Shown one piece after another: positions 15,725 through 35,493 of a stretch of DNA of 64,000 nt. The notes beneath the pieces are model-generated. The model saw nothing but the letters and a program-made list of their open reading frames with translations. It did not search any database and was not told the DNA's origin. The stretch lies in the NCBI GenBank assembly GCA_963924565.1, contig OZ004610.1, forward strand, positions 3,286,001 to 3,350,000, given 5' to 3'. The translations under genes were made by a program, and so were the position numbers. The stretch is from Ascidiella aspersa. Taxonomy: Eukaryota. Within the stretch, counting starts at the first letter, position 1, and every line of letters starts with the position of its first letter.

Positions 15725-17269
15725 AGCTATCAATAGAAAGGTTTAAAAAAATGAAAAATGTGCATGTAGCCATAGTCTAAAATTAGTGCTTTAACTGTGA
15801 GTTTAATAAAATAAAAACCAACGGTTATGTGTTCCAGTGTTGGTTGACTACAAAAACTAAGCCTACTTACAAATAACAGTATTATTGTTAGCTGGTTTTT
15901 ACACATTTTGCGTTTCGTCCTTAGTACTAAAAAAGAGACGAACGGTGTATTAAAATAAATAATTTTATTAATTACTACATTCAAATTATGTCCGTGTTGG
16001 GACCTTCCTTGTTTTATGATTGACGATTAAAAATCAAGCAATATATCCACCGCACAACGCAGTAAATTAAATACGTGATTTGAGCACACATATTTGTAGT
16101 GGTTTAGCGTGCTATCTATTGATTCGAACTATATTTGCCCCTATGACTTCGTTGTATCCGATAGGACTCCAATGGTCCAGCCACAAGATCGAAATGAGAG
16201 CAACATCGATGTCGGAATATCACACATTTCGGAATAAGACTAAAATGGGACTAGGACCTAATACTCGTAATAACATATAAACGAAATATGTCCTAAATAC
16301 GTCGGAATAAGACTTAACTTGCAAGAACCAAGCCTATACAAAATTTCACCTAACCCCGACCCTAAGTACATCACAAACCCTTCTAATAATTTTAACTCTA
16401 AAATAATTTTCTAACTCTAAGCAGGGCCAAAAAATCGATGTCAAAACAGCGAAGCCTTAACAGCACCGTTCCATCTAGGGTGCCCAAGCGTCGACACCAA
16501 AACGGCCGATGGCCCCTGTTCGTCCCATACCCTCTCCCTTCAGTTTCATACGTTATTTTGGCCATTAAACGCCCTGTTTCGATGAATTTAGGACTTTTTC
16601 CGGCGGGTATGTGTCTTATTCAGGCGATTTAGATGTTATTCTGTCGTGGGTATTAGGCCTATTGCGTATTTGGCTTTATTATGTCGTTGGTCTTCATACT
16701 ATGGTATTATAGATTTTTCTGCCTAATGTATTTTTGCTTTGTAGTTATTATTGTATGTTTCCATCTGATTCCTATGAAAACTGTCCTAAATGGTGCCAAG
16801 GTGTAATGACTGTTAGCGATGGATACAATCGTGTTTATACTTTTAATAGCTTGCGTTACTACATGTTGGTCACCTCGGACAAAATTCCGACGTCAACCTG
16901 GTTTTAAAATGGCCATATTTTTTAAAAAAATCCATCTCTTTTAGGTTTTAATACTGTTAGCAATGCTGCATTGAGGCATTGTTTTAACTACGTGTGACGA
17001 AACGAAACTAAACAATTATGGTTTGTTGAATGAGAACATGTTATTGACTTGCGTCTAAAAATATTGCTATTCACAATATTTGTCAAAAGTTAAAATGCTT
17101 TGTATTAATGCACATTTCAACATACTAAACCATGCACGTTAAAGATTTTCATCCTGGCAGCTGCACAGCCGACAATTTTCTGCGAGAGCCTGTGGTTTTT
17201 TTAATGCTCATATATACGTCTTAAGTATACCGGTACTCAAAGTGTACTTCAGTTAAAAATGAGCAACTT

Positions 17270-18112
17270 TTACATTTGTAGAAGATATAAACACAATGAT
17301 ACTTGTACAAAAACTGTTTGTTTACATTTCGTACTTTGTCCGTAATTTTAATTTTGCGCTGACCGTTGCAAAGCTGACTTTTTCCACGTTCGTACCTTTT
17401 AAATGCCTATGATGCGCGCTAAGTACCAACGAGTTTTTTAAGTTGGAAAATTAAAACTTAAACATTTGTGAAAGACATAAAAACTGAGATTGTTGGTAAA
17501 ACAACTGTTCGTTTAACTCTTTTCGTTTGACAGTAATTTGACTGCGCGTTAAAGGTCGCAAAGCTGATTTTTCGCACATCTTCGTGCCTTATAAATTCTT
17601 ATGATGCGCGCTTATTACAGAACAATTTTTCAAGTTCGAAAATTAAAACTTACACATTTGTGAAAGAAATAAAAACTGAGATGTTTGGTAAAACAACTGT
17701 TCGTTTAACTCTTTTCATTTGACAGTAATTTGACTGCGCTTTAAAGGTCGCAAAGCTGACTTTTCGCACATGGTCGTGCCTTATAAATGCTTATGATGCG
17801 CGCTTATTACAGAACAATTTTTCAAGTTGGAAAATTAAAACTTACACATTTGTGAAAGAAATAAAAACTGAGATTTTTGGTAAAACAACTGTTCGTTTAA
17901 CTCTTTTCGTTTGACAGTAATTTGACTGCGCGTCAAGGTCACAAAGCTGATTTTTCGCACATCTTCGTTCCTTATAAATTCTTATGATGCGCGTTTAGTA
18001 CAGAAGAATTTTTCAAGTTGGGAAATTAAAATTTACAAATTTGGGAAAGACATATAAACTGAGATGTTTGATAAAACAACTGTTCGTTTAACTCTTTTCG
18101 TTTGACAGTAAT
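17270..18112. repeat. ~192-bp tandem repeat, about 4.5 copies (also at ~33255-34097)
   Basis: Motif recurs at ~17498, 17690, 17882 and 18073. Confidence 0.85.
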
Positions 18113-18621
18113 TGCTATTTATTGCAAGCGAATCGTGGCTGGTTTGCGACGCAAATTGAATTAAGCCTTTTCGAAGCGGGCGAGTTACTCATTCGCGTTT
18201 CATAAAATGGCTTTTAATGGTATCCTTTTTTAAGCGAAATATTGCCATAAGAAACAGGATATTGGACATAAAATGCCCGGAATCGTACTAAAACACCGCT
18301 AATAATTTGGTTATTTATAGCTTCCTTTTACAATTGCTGGAATTGCATCAATTTATAATCCTATGGAAATCGTGTCAACTTTATAGAAGCACCTACTTAA
18401 ATATAGGTTGATGTGCAACTTATCATTCACTTGCAAGGCAGGACAAACTGAGTATCGGTGATTTCAGTTGTATTTAAGAGCTTAAAGAGCGAAAAGGGAA
18501 AGAAACAATAAAAAGATAGGAAGACCGCAAAATCTCCGTCGGGTTTAAGTTAAAAATAAAAAGTGGTTTACTTGTTTAAACAAAGGCAAGAAAAATGATT
18601 TGTTGTTTTGTTGCTGACGTT

Positions 18622-19508
<887 letters not shown>

Positions 19509-19559
19509 TTTGATAGTTGATGTGGTTGATCATAGTAGAATATACAAACAACAGCTTTG

Positions 19560-19900
19560 CAGACCGAGACAGGGTTTTACAGCAATTTTACGAGCTTTAT
19601 CACCGCTGAACTGTTAAGGCGTGAGGGAGCCGTGTGGGTTATATATCGCGGGCGGTTGCGAAACTGGCGGGATCTTTGCGTTTTTCGCGTGGCGTAATAC
19701 AGCAAACAGAGGCTTCACGCCGCGCGCGCTCTCGAGTGCTATTTTGTTGATGGAGTTTTGACAATTCAGAGCTAGACGAGCGCATCCTTCAATCTGATTG
19801 GTCGACTTCGCGCGGCATCCCGACGTGAAATTGTTGCAGCATCGCGCGACCTACTCACTCCATGGCAATACCAATAAAGCCTTTCAAAGAACCCGCGTGG
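19560..19900 (-). promoter_or_regulatory. CpG-rich promoter of the P1 tubulin paralog with a TATA-like element
   Basis: Minus-strand TATATAA at ~19639-19645, about 135 bp upstream of the ATG; CpG-rich context; CCAAT at ~19797-19801. Confidence 0.45.
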
Positions 19901-20919
19901 AAGGACTACGCCTGACTGATCGCGCCTTTTCATACCGAACAATGCCACGGGTGCGACACAAAAACCGAAAGGCGAATGTAATTTGGCGAAGCTGGTCAAA
20001 CCTTACTGTAGTCGGCCGCCCACTCGGATCTTCCGTGCAAAGATAATGTTGACACAAAGTCTGATATTTTCAGGGCTTGTAAATAATGTGTTCATCTCTC
20101 TGGGTTACCGGGTTCTATTTAATGGGCGTGGGGAGATTGATGTGTTTACCGGCAACAGTTTAAATATTTGTAAAGTAATTCGTTTGTAAAGAACGACAAA
20201 CCACCCCCCATACTTTGGAATCACTGCAACTAAGGGGCGATAAACTACGACTTTTTGCGTCGGATATTTACCGCAATGCTTTCGCAGTTTATTTTCTCAA
20301 ATGATGATTTCCCGTAGTTACATGTTTGAGTTCATAGAATTCAGTGGTTCCCAACCTTACTGTTCTCGCGACCTTTTTCAAGTTTTCGATATGTTGCGTG
20401 ACCTTCAAATATATTGCGTATGATACGTAAACCAGGGTCAATTAAAAACACATTTCAAAATTGGAAAAAAATTTAGACGGATTGTATTAAAATTTGGTTA
20501 AAATGTCTGGATTTCAGTTTGCACAAGATAAAGTTTGAGGGTTCTACTATTTTTATTATACATTGTTTGACTGAAGCTACGCTTGTTTCATTAATTAAAA
20601 ACTGTAATGGTGACGGTCGGTTGCTTTTGCTCCTAATTGGTTATATTTTATTGGTTCCCAATATCTTGCGGGTGACGACAACCACTAAATAGATGAGAGT
20701 TTAAATAACAAAGATTCCTTTTCTTAACTCTTTATACTTTACTTAAGGAGTCAGTTTTAATCGACCCGAAGCATCAAGTTAATGATTCACTCAAGCGATA
20801 AAAGCACTTTGGACTTGCAACAACACGAAGCTCAAAACCAAACATATGGAGCAAAATTAAACAAGGACGTTTTGTTTGTTAAACTTTTATTTCTTCAAGG
20901 CGAATTGAAAAACGCGAGT

Positions 20920-24790
<3,871 letters not shown>

Positions 24791-26490
24791 TATTCTGAAT
24801 TAGTAGATCGAAGATTTTCAAGCAAATTTGCGCAGAGGAACGAGACACAGCTTTACGATGTGACTTCACCACTGAATGTGCGGAAAACTCGTGAGTGTTT
24901 GTCTGATGTGTCTGGGCGACTATGACGTAATAGTAAACAGTGTTGTTTCGGCCCTGATTGAACAAGATTTAGGTAACTTAAGGCTTTTGATTGGTTGTTA
25001 TTTGTTCTAAATTAGATAATGTTATTGGTTGAAAATTATTTGAACGTCACGTAAGTTTTATTTGTTTTTCGGGTAATGCGCGTTTGGAAAGACCTTATTT
25101 ATCATTCTTGGGGTTTTAGGATTACATATATAACAAATAATTTGATTTGCCATTTGTCAAATGTTGCAAATAATACCATTAGTTGATAATCACGTTTCGT
25201 TTGAAGCTATTAAGTTATGAAATCTGTTAAGTTATGTGGAAATAACTAACTCTATATAACTGTTGAGTATACCTTGTGTAGTTAAGTGACCAATAATAAC
25301 CCACAATTAGCATGTTCCAAAATTGCGCCTGGGGATTAACTTATCAAACATAGCCCTTGTACATTTCTTGTCCTCTTAGTTGTATCTATTTCTATTCACA
25401 GACAAGGTTTAAGACTTCAAAGTTGTGCCTAGACTTGATTACTGAATGTAGATTTCAAAATTGGATATATTAAAATATTTCAGACTGTGCCCTGAGTTGC
25501 GAGCTTAAGAGATTAAAATACAGGACGAAAAACAGTTAAACCTGATAATAAAGTTCCCAGGTTTTGTTAACAGCTGACGGCTTTTATAACACGCAATCAA
25601 TTTGATTGTTATTAAAATTTCGTCAAATTTACTTAAAGGGGCAGGGCACCATTCTATTTCCTACAGGACAGGTTATAACAAAAGCTATAAGTCAAAATAG
25701 GTTGTAGCACAAAAGGCTTTTGTAGGGCTGTCTGTGTTGTATCCCTAAGTAAAAGTAAGCCAATATTACAAACAAGATGGAAATCAAAGGGTATTTACTT
25801 TACGGCAATAAAATAATAGTGTCAAAAAGCAACTGGAGACCATTATTAGCGGTTTATTGGATCAACATTGCAAATATAAAATAACGGTAAAACATCTTGT
25901 CAGGTAGATATCAATGGAAAGGTTTAAAAAAATGAAAAATGTGCATGTAGCCATAGTCTAAAATTGATCGTTCCGATTATAATGGATGGTGTTTCATATA
26001 ACATAGCGTGTGTTGCTCGACCTAAGCCACGATTTATACCACAGCACGAAATTTTTCCTGACATGGAATCGATATTAGTCTGTTTCCAGCAACTAGGCAC
26101 TCAGTCGGTCACTAGAAGGTTGTTAAGTACGTCGTACTTTAAGCCCCTTAAAAAGCTGGCAGGGCGGTATCAAAGAGCGACACATGATACCGAACTGAAT
26201 TGTATCAAATCTAATCAACTGGGATTTTAATTTGTGTCAAGCGAACGACGCCGTCATACGATAAGTTGTGTAATGTAATTACGCAGCGTTGCTCGAATGC
26301 TTGAATTCATTATTATAAGAGCGTTTCAATTTAAAGGTTTTCTACAAAAAGGACCACTCTTTTAAATTCGAATTTAAATCGCTGTGATAGCTTTGTTTAC
26401 ACGATTTCACCCAAGCAATTATCCGCATTTCCAGGGCTTAAGTAACGCGAATTAAAGAGCATATTAAAAAGCAGGTCTTGTACGTATTAG

Positions 26491-28292
26491 GTGTCTTGCT
26501 GCGACATGCCGTACCGCCGGGAAAGAAAGCACAAAGCCAATTTGTTTGGCCTCTTATCGCTCGGCAAACATGGGTGCGGTGTAATCGCCCAGCAACCAGC
26601 AGACCAAAACTGCTTTCAGCTATCATCCAAACGAGCCTGGCTTCGTATGTTGTCTGCTGTGGCTTGTACTTGTGTATTTGTTGCCCTGGCTACATTCGAA
26701 TCACAGCGATTAGGCCATCCAGCTGCCTGGCGTACACTGCTGGCAAGTGCAATCGATAAGCCTTTGTTTAGGCAAGGCGCTTTCGGTCTCGCAACATACA
26801 GTCGCTTGGTCAAGGGTGCTGAATCTGACGGTACAGCTCTCACCGAATTAAAACTGAGTAAAAGGTAAGACCCCATTATTCACACAAAAAACACATACCG
26901 CGCTGGTTTAACCTAATGCAAATCTTTAACTTTGTATGTTTTCGTCAATCGTATTCGTTTCAAATAATAGGTTTTCCCAATTATATTGTCGGTAATGTGA
27001 AATAGAAGTTTTAGTTCTTGACAAAACTTATTTCTGAGTTATAAGGTTACGCGTTGGTATATTAAATTATGGAATACGTTGCAGGTTTTTGAATACATAT
27101 CTAGTTTAACTTAATAGTGTATTGGCACTTGACGAAAAAATCGATAGTTATATCACCTAAAAAGAAGGTCATATGAAATTGTATTTAGTGTCAGGGATTT
27201 TATTCTACAACAAAAAAATAAGTTCAATTAATATTTATTTAACCTAAAAAAGCTTTATTGCGCACATATACATCCAAACCGGCGCTGCTGAACGATTTAA
27301 GATTACCTTTATTGCACAACCTAGTGGTGGAAATATAGGTCTACCGCTGGATAAACATCTTTTAAAAATATTTTTAGTATAAGCAATTGTCGAATGGAAG
27401 TGTGCAATTGTATTTCCATCTGTGAAAGAAAGTAATTAGATCATAAAAAGTTTCTGTATGGCAATTCTCAAAAAGTGAGCCGAATTTAAAGTTGTTTTAC
27501 CGAACAAAAAACTTTAGTTTGACATTTTACCAAAGCAGAACACCATACAACCAAGCTAATAGCGTTTGGGATCGGCATCTGTTGAACTTATTTTAAAACA
27601 ATATGTTTATTCATCGTGTTTCTACTTATAGGTTCAAATCACTCCAGAAACGAAGTTTAATGCAAGTCAAAGATCCGCATAACATCTGCAGTATTTCAGT
27701 TACGCCAGCACAATTTCAATACGTCATAGTTGATGACGTAAACAAGGTAAAAGTAAAATAAGTAAGGCACTTCTCTCAATATTTTAGTTCGTTTAATTTT
27801 TCCTAATGCAATTTTTTTAAATTAACGGCAGTTTTTGAAATAAAAATCGGTTCGCGTGGACCTGGGTCTTAAATTACTTAACAATTAGAATTTAAAAAAC
27901 TACAAAACAATTATAATTTTAAAACTTGCTGTTTTTCGGTCAAACTTACGCGTTAATATGAAAGTAAAATTGAGTCTAAATACATTCAAGCAGAAGGCAC
28001 CAAAAGCATTATTGTCAATGTACTTGTTTCTCTGTAAGTCCACGGATCACAGGTTAAGAACCCCTGACTTAAAGGTAGAGAACTGAAGGTATGCTCTTGC
28101 ATTTGCAAATTATTTTATTTCGTTGTAGGTTTTGTTTTGCTAAGTGTCGAAGGCAGGGAACAGCCATTGGAAAGCAGTTATGGCAGTTTTGGGAGGTTCA
28201 CTGAAAAATTTAGACCACTCACGTCGCTATGGCAACGTGTCAGATGTTCCAGTTAGAACGGGATCACCAAAACATGAGCCGGAATTTTTCAA
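26491..28292 (+). pseudogene. Carbohydrate sulfotransferase (Sulfotransfer_2, CHST8-14-like) 5' fragment; exons ~26491-26864, 27632-27746, 28129-~28292
   Basis: GT-AG exons splice in phase to a hydrophobic type-II anchor (WLRMLSAVACTCVFVALATF) and ...QYVIVDDVNKVLFC*VSKAGNSHWKAVMAVLGG, resembling the family's IVDD..K.L.C..PK....WK 5'-PAPS-binding motif; in-frame TAA at 28141. Confidence 0.75.
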
Positions 28293-28692
28293 GTAGGTCC
28301 CATAAAATGGCGTAATTTGTTAACAGTTTGTTATTGCGTTTAGTAGATCCAATCTGTTCCCTATGTATTAAACATTAAAGCAAGAAAAGCAATTAATATT
28401 TATAGGATTTCGCGATTTTATTTAAAAATCGTTTTCTCAGAAGTGATAATGAAAGTTTTACGATCAGATTAAAGTGAAACTTTAATAACAGCTTTACATT
28501 TTTAGTTTGGCTGATAAAACTGTACAGCAAACTGTAATACGAACATATACACCGCACGCGCAATTGGGCGCACACACATTTTAGCCCTGGCTGGTGAAAT
28601 TCCCACAGGGCGCCACAAAACGAGGTGCTGGTAGAAATCGAACTGCTGCTTGCCTTCTACTTAAAAAAGGTCAACTTAAGCTTCGTGCCTTA

Positions 28693-28984
28693 AGGCCCGT
28701 TTACACTACAGCTGCACTGAGCTGCGCTGGGCGTGAAGTTGTTTTCACTACAGCTGCGCTGAGCCGAGCTGGGCGTAAAAATCGCTCCAAACGTAACGTA
28801 TTTCTATAGCTGCACTGGGCTTGAGTTTAGCAAAGCATGAAATCGCTCCAAAGCATAACTTTAAGCTAGCTGCAGCTGCTGCATGGGGTTTGAGTTTAGC
28901 AAAGCGTGACACGCTCGCCACAATAGAATTTAAATGCAAATTACACTTTGCTCAGCTCGGTGCAGCTGTAGTGTAAACGGGCCT
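28693..28984. mobile_element. PIF/Harbinger-type (Tourist-like) MITE
   Basis: TIR AGGCCCGTTTACACTACAGCTGCAC ... GTGCAGCTGTAGTGTAAACGGGCCT; 3-bp TSD TTA. Confidence 0.85.
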
Positions 28985-31900
28985 TTATTGCCAAACATGG
29001 CGCTGCCACCCGATTCGATTTGTTTTCAGCGCTTGTAGCGCTCGTATTAGAATAATTCGGGACTTTGAAGCGTCTATGTTAGAACATGTGTTAAAATTTG
29101 GACGCTTCAAGTGGACTGTATTAGAACAGGATACAGGCGAACGGCGAATGCGCAGACTAACCATGCATAACGAAACGTTGCCAAGCGATGCAGACTACAG
29201 TTTTTTATCTTGTACAGTTTCGGATATTATAAATGCGGAAATGTTTATAACTGTACCAAGTTAATGCGATGTTTATAATTTTACCGAGTAAATAGCAGGT
29301 GAAAGACTTTTATTGTTGCTGAAGCCTACCTCAGCGAACATTGTTTGGGTTAGGGTGCGGGTTAGCGTTTCGGTTTGGGTAGGTTAAAAGCAATATTATT
29401 AAATAATAATACTTAAACTACCCTCACCCCAGTCTGGAAAGTATGACAGATCACGCGGGTGCACGGCCGAAAAAATTCGGGTGACCGGGTAATCGGGTTC
29501 AACAAAGTTAAAAAAGTGCATCTTTCGTCTGCTTTCAAATTTCCGGACTTTCACGTTATGATTTTCTCATGCACTCTGTATTGCATACATTGCACTGTAA
29601 ACGTATAAATAGGGGTGCACAGACGTTTTACATGTTTACGGTGCAATTCAGATTTTTTTCGGGCTGCACTTTTGAAAGGTTGAAAAAAACTCGCAGGTGC
29701 ACTTCCCATGCTTTCCACAGTGGCCCTCACCCAAACAGCAACCAACACCCTGACGCAAATATTGCACCTTGCTGAAATAATTGTTTCAACACTGTGGTAG
29801 GACTATACCAGGGCCAAGACTTTTATTGTTGCTAAAGCTAATAATTCTGTTTCTGGCTATTAACTTCCATTCCAAAGTTTTATTAGTTAAAAGACAATAT
29901 TATTATTTATTTATTCATTTGCAATGCTAGAAAATAATAGTTGCAGCTAATTTACTTCATTATAATAAACTTAGTTAGCAAAATATATGCCAAGAAATAT
30001 TGAATTAGATAAGATGACATTTGTTTTGCAACTGTATTTTCTAAAATTTGGTCGCCATTATAATGTAAATTAAGTCCTCAAGAAATAGTTAGTAGGTAAT
30101 CGTAATATACATATTTGAAATATTACAAATTAAAAGAAAAGCTCATATTTTGGTGTTAAATTTAACTTTGACACTTGGCTATTGTTATGGTGCATATTGC
30201 ACCTAGTTTTCATTCTGTGGCAGATGCATACCAAATATTTTTAAAACAATTTGTGTGCACACCTCAATAACTAAATTGCACACTTTAGAAAAGGTTGTGG
30301 TAGGATTTAGAACTTCAGTTATGCCAAAATATGTCTGCACATCTGGAAATTTGGTGATGTACATCAGATATCTGTGCATCGCACATTCTTTGAACCACAT
30401 CTTAGTGTGAATTTCAATTTTGTGGCATATAAATCTTAAGGTCTGAAAATATGTTACTTCCTTCTGTTCATGGTGGTCTGAAGGCATACATCCAAACTAA
30501 TAAAAACTCATGAATATTTTTAGTTGTAAAAGTGTTGTAGTGGTCTCAAGTTGATAAAACATAGCTGCTGCATAAGGTTGCAAAGTTGTAGGGAATAGTG
30601 CCCGATAAATTTAAATTGCTTATATGTTTCATGTTTCACTACCTTAGTTGAACTTAATTTTTAACATTTTTGCATTGTTATCTTTCTCCATTAAGGTCAT
30701 GTACAAGTCATGATTTTGAATAAAATTTTGAACTTAAGTTGTTTAATATCAATAGCTGCTTTAAGTTTATCATTACATAATTCGATTACATATTATCATG
30801 CCTGGCCAAAGTAATTTATATTTTTGTTTTTCATTATTAAAAAGGTTTTTATTTCCTGAAATAGCATTTTATATACAGATAATTCCTAGATCCAATATTT
30901 CAGTCAACCCCAAAAATGAAGGACTTTGTAAGGTGAAAGTGCAAGTAAAACTATGTCCCTGGAAGTGTTAAGTAACCTTTAAATCATTGGTAAAGCTCTC
31001 TGCATCAGGTCTACACCAATTTTCCAAAAAACAGCTTCAGTTTTCATCCCCACTAACAAACCTTTGTTTAAGAAAGTCAGAGAAAAGGTAATTTCCATTT
31101 TGTGTTGTACATTCAAAAACATTAATGTATACCAGCACTTCCCAACCCGTGGCCGATGGTTTCCAGGTACCGAACTCGAAAATGTTTTTTTCAATAATCT
31201 TTTACAACGGCTTAGCTAATTGAGTCCGCAGTTATTGAAATATATAACAACTACAAGGCTATTTAATAAAAACCTGCAAGTAGTTTAGGAGAAATATTGG
31301 TATACCTAACATTTTTAGTATTGTCTAGTGTCGACAAACGAGTTCAATCATCTAACGAGGAGAAACAACTAGCAATGAACTCGTGGCGCGTATTTGCAAA
31401 AAATCATACAGTGATGAAGAAGAGGACAAACATTGAAATGTGTAATTATTCTAGCACGGTGGTTACTGTATATTTACCCCGCATCATTTCACAGAATCGT
31501 TCGTGATCGCCGCTTGAAACTGCACACGGTAAAATAAACAGATTTGAAAAATCATATCCAAAATCGCGCCATTGATTGAGTCATAGTTCAACAGGCTGTC
31601 TAAAATACCCGGAATGCGATATTTTATTGAAAGATTTTATGGACTACGTATGCTACTTTTATTACGCACCACATTGTGCAATTTAAAAAAAAATATAAAT
31701 AGTTTCCTGCTTTATTACACTCTGATTATGGTTTTGTGCCTGGTTTTTAGATATTTTCAATTAGTGCTTTAACTGTGAGTTTAATAAAATAAAAACCAAC
31801 GGTTATGTGTTCCAGTGTTGGTTGACTACAAAAACTAAGCCTACTTACAAACAACAGTATTTTTGTTACCGGTAGCTGATTTTCACACATTTTGCGTTTC

Positions 31901-34606
31901 GTCCTTAGTACTAAAAAAGAGGCCGAACGCTGTATTAAAATAAATAATTTTATTAATTACTACATTCAAATTATGTCCGTGTTGGGACGTTCCTTGTTTT
32001 ATGATTGACGATTAAAAATCAAGCAATATATCCACCGCACAACGCAGTAAATTAAATACGTGATTTGAGCACACATATTTGTAGTGGTTTAGCGTGCTAT
32101 CTATTGATTCGAACTATATTTGCCCCTATGACTTCGTTGTATCCGATAGGACTCCAATGGTCCAGCCACAAGATCGAAATGAGAGCAACATCGATGTCGG
32201 AATATCACACATTTCGGAATAAGACTAAAATGGGACTAGGACCTAATACTCGTAATAACATATAAACGAAATATGTCCTAAATACGTCGGAATAAGACTT
32301 AACTTGCAAGAACCAAGCCTATACAAAATTTCACCTAACCCCGACCCTAAGTACATCACAAACCCTTCTAATAATTTTAACTCTAAAATAATTTTCTAAC
32401 CCTAAGCAGGGCCAAAAAATCGATGTCAAAACAGCGAAGCCTTAACAGCACCGTTCCATCTAGGGTGCCCAAGCGTCGACACCAAAACGGCCGATGGCCC
32501 CTGTTCGTCCCATACCCTCTCCCTTCAGTTTCATACGTTATTTTGGCCATTAAACGCCCTGTTTCGATGAATTTAGGACTTTTTCCGGCGGGTATGTGTC
32601 TTATTCAGGCGATTTAGATGTTATTCTGTCGTGGGTATTAGGCCTATTGCGTATTTGGCTTTATTATGTCGTTGGTCTTCATACTATGGTATTATAGATT
32701 TTTCTGCCTAATGTATTTTTGCTTTGTAGTTATTATTGTATGTTTCCATCTGATTCCTATGAAAACTGTCCTAAATGGTGCCAAGGTGTAATGACTGTTA
32801 GCGATGGATACAATCGTGTTTATACTTTTAATAGCTTGCGTTACTACATGTTGGTCACCTCGGACAAAATTCCGACGTCAACCTGGTTTTAAAATGGCCA
32901 TATTTTTTAAAAAAATCCATCTCTTTTAGGTTTTAATACTGTTAGCAATGCTGCATTGAGGCATTGTTTTAACTACGTGTGACGAAACGAAACTAAACAA
33001 TTATGGTTTGTTGAATGAGAACATGTTATTGACTTGCGTCTAAAAATATTGCTATTCACAATATTTGTCAAAAGTTAAAATGCTTTGTATTAATGCACAT
33101 TTCAACATACTAAACCATGCATGTTAAAGATTTTCATCCTGGCAGCTGCACAGCCGACAATTTTCTGCGAGAGCCTGTGGTTTTTTTAATGCTCATATAT
33201 ACGTCTTAAGTATACCGGTACTCAAAGTGTACTTCAGTTAAAAATGAGCAACTTTTACATTTGTAGAAGATATAAACACAATGATACTTGTACAAAAACT
33301 GTTTGTTTACATTTCGTACTTTGTCCGTAATTTTAATTTTGCGCTGACCGTTGCAAAGCTGACTTTTTCCACGTTCGTACCTTTTAAATGCCTATGATGC
33401 GCGCTAAGTACCAACGAGTTTTTTAAGTTGGAAAATTAAAACTTAAACATTTGTGAAAGACATAAAAACTGAGATTGTTGGTAAAACAACTGTTCGTTTA
33501 ACTCTTTTCGTTTGACAGTAATTTGACTGCGCGTTAAAGGTCGCAAAGCTGATTTTTCGCACATCTTCGTGCCTTATAAATTCTTATGATGCGCGCTTAT
33601 TACAGAACAATTTTTCAAGTTCGAAAATTAAAACTTACACATTTGTGAAAGAAATAAAAACTGAGATGTTTGGTAAAACAACTGTTCGTTTAACTCTTTT
33701 CATTTGACAGTAATTTGACTGCGCTTTAAAGGTCGCAAAGCTGACTTTTCGCACATGGTCGTGCCTTATAAATGCTTATGATGCGCGCTTATTACAGAAC
33801 AATTTTTCAAGTTGGAAAATTAAAACTTACACATTTGTGAAAGAAATAAAAACTGAGATTTTTGGTAAAACAACTGTTCGTTTAACTCTTTTCGTTTGAC
33901 AGTAATTTGACTGCGCGTCAAGGTCACAAAGCTGATTTTTCGCACATCTTCGTTCCTTATAAATTCTTATGATGCGCGTTTAGTACAGAAGAATTTTTCA
34001 AGTTGGGAAATTAAAATTTACAAATTTGGGAAAGACATATAAACTGAGATGTTTGATAAAACAACTGTTCGTTTAACTCTTTTCGTTTGACAGTAATTGC
34101 TATTTATTGCAAGCGAATCGTGGCTGGTTTGCGACGCAAATTGAATTAAGCCTTTTCGAAGCGGGCGAGTTACTCATTCGCGTTTCATAAAATGGCTTTT
34201 AATGGTATCCTTTTTTAAGCGAAATATTGCCATAAGAAACAGGATATTGGACATAAAATGCCCGGAATCGTACTAAAACACCGCTAATAATTTGGTTATT
34301 TATAGCTTCCTTTTACAATTGCTGGAATTGCATCAATTTATAATCCTATGGAAATCGTGTCAACTTTATAGAAGCACCTACTTAAATATAGGTTGATGTG
34401 CAACTTATCATTCACTTGCAAGGCAGGACAAACTGAGTATCGGTGATTTCAGTTGTATTTAAGAGCTTAAAGAGCGAAAAGGGAAAGAAACAATAAAAAG
34501 ATAGGAAGACCGCAAAATCTCCGTCGGGTTTAAGTTAAAAATAAAAAGTGGTTTACTTGTTTAAACAAAGGCAAGAAAAATGATTTGTTGTTTTGTTGCT
34601 GACGTT

Positions 34607-35493
<887 letters not shown>

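Noticed and set aside
17270-18112. 192-bp repeats as a CRISPR or ncRNA array
   Set aside because: Whole units repeat head to tail without unique spacers; no recognisable RNA gene.
30203-31194. Minus-strand short ORFs (MPSDHHEQ..., MKKTFSS...) as exons of another gene
   Set aside because: Frames differ or are broken between duplicate copies and I recognise no domain; cannot support.
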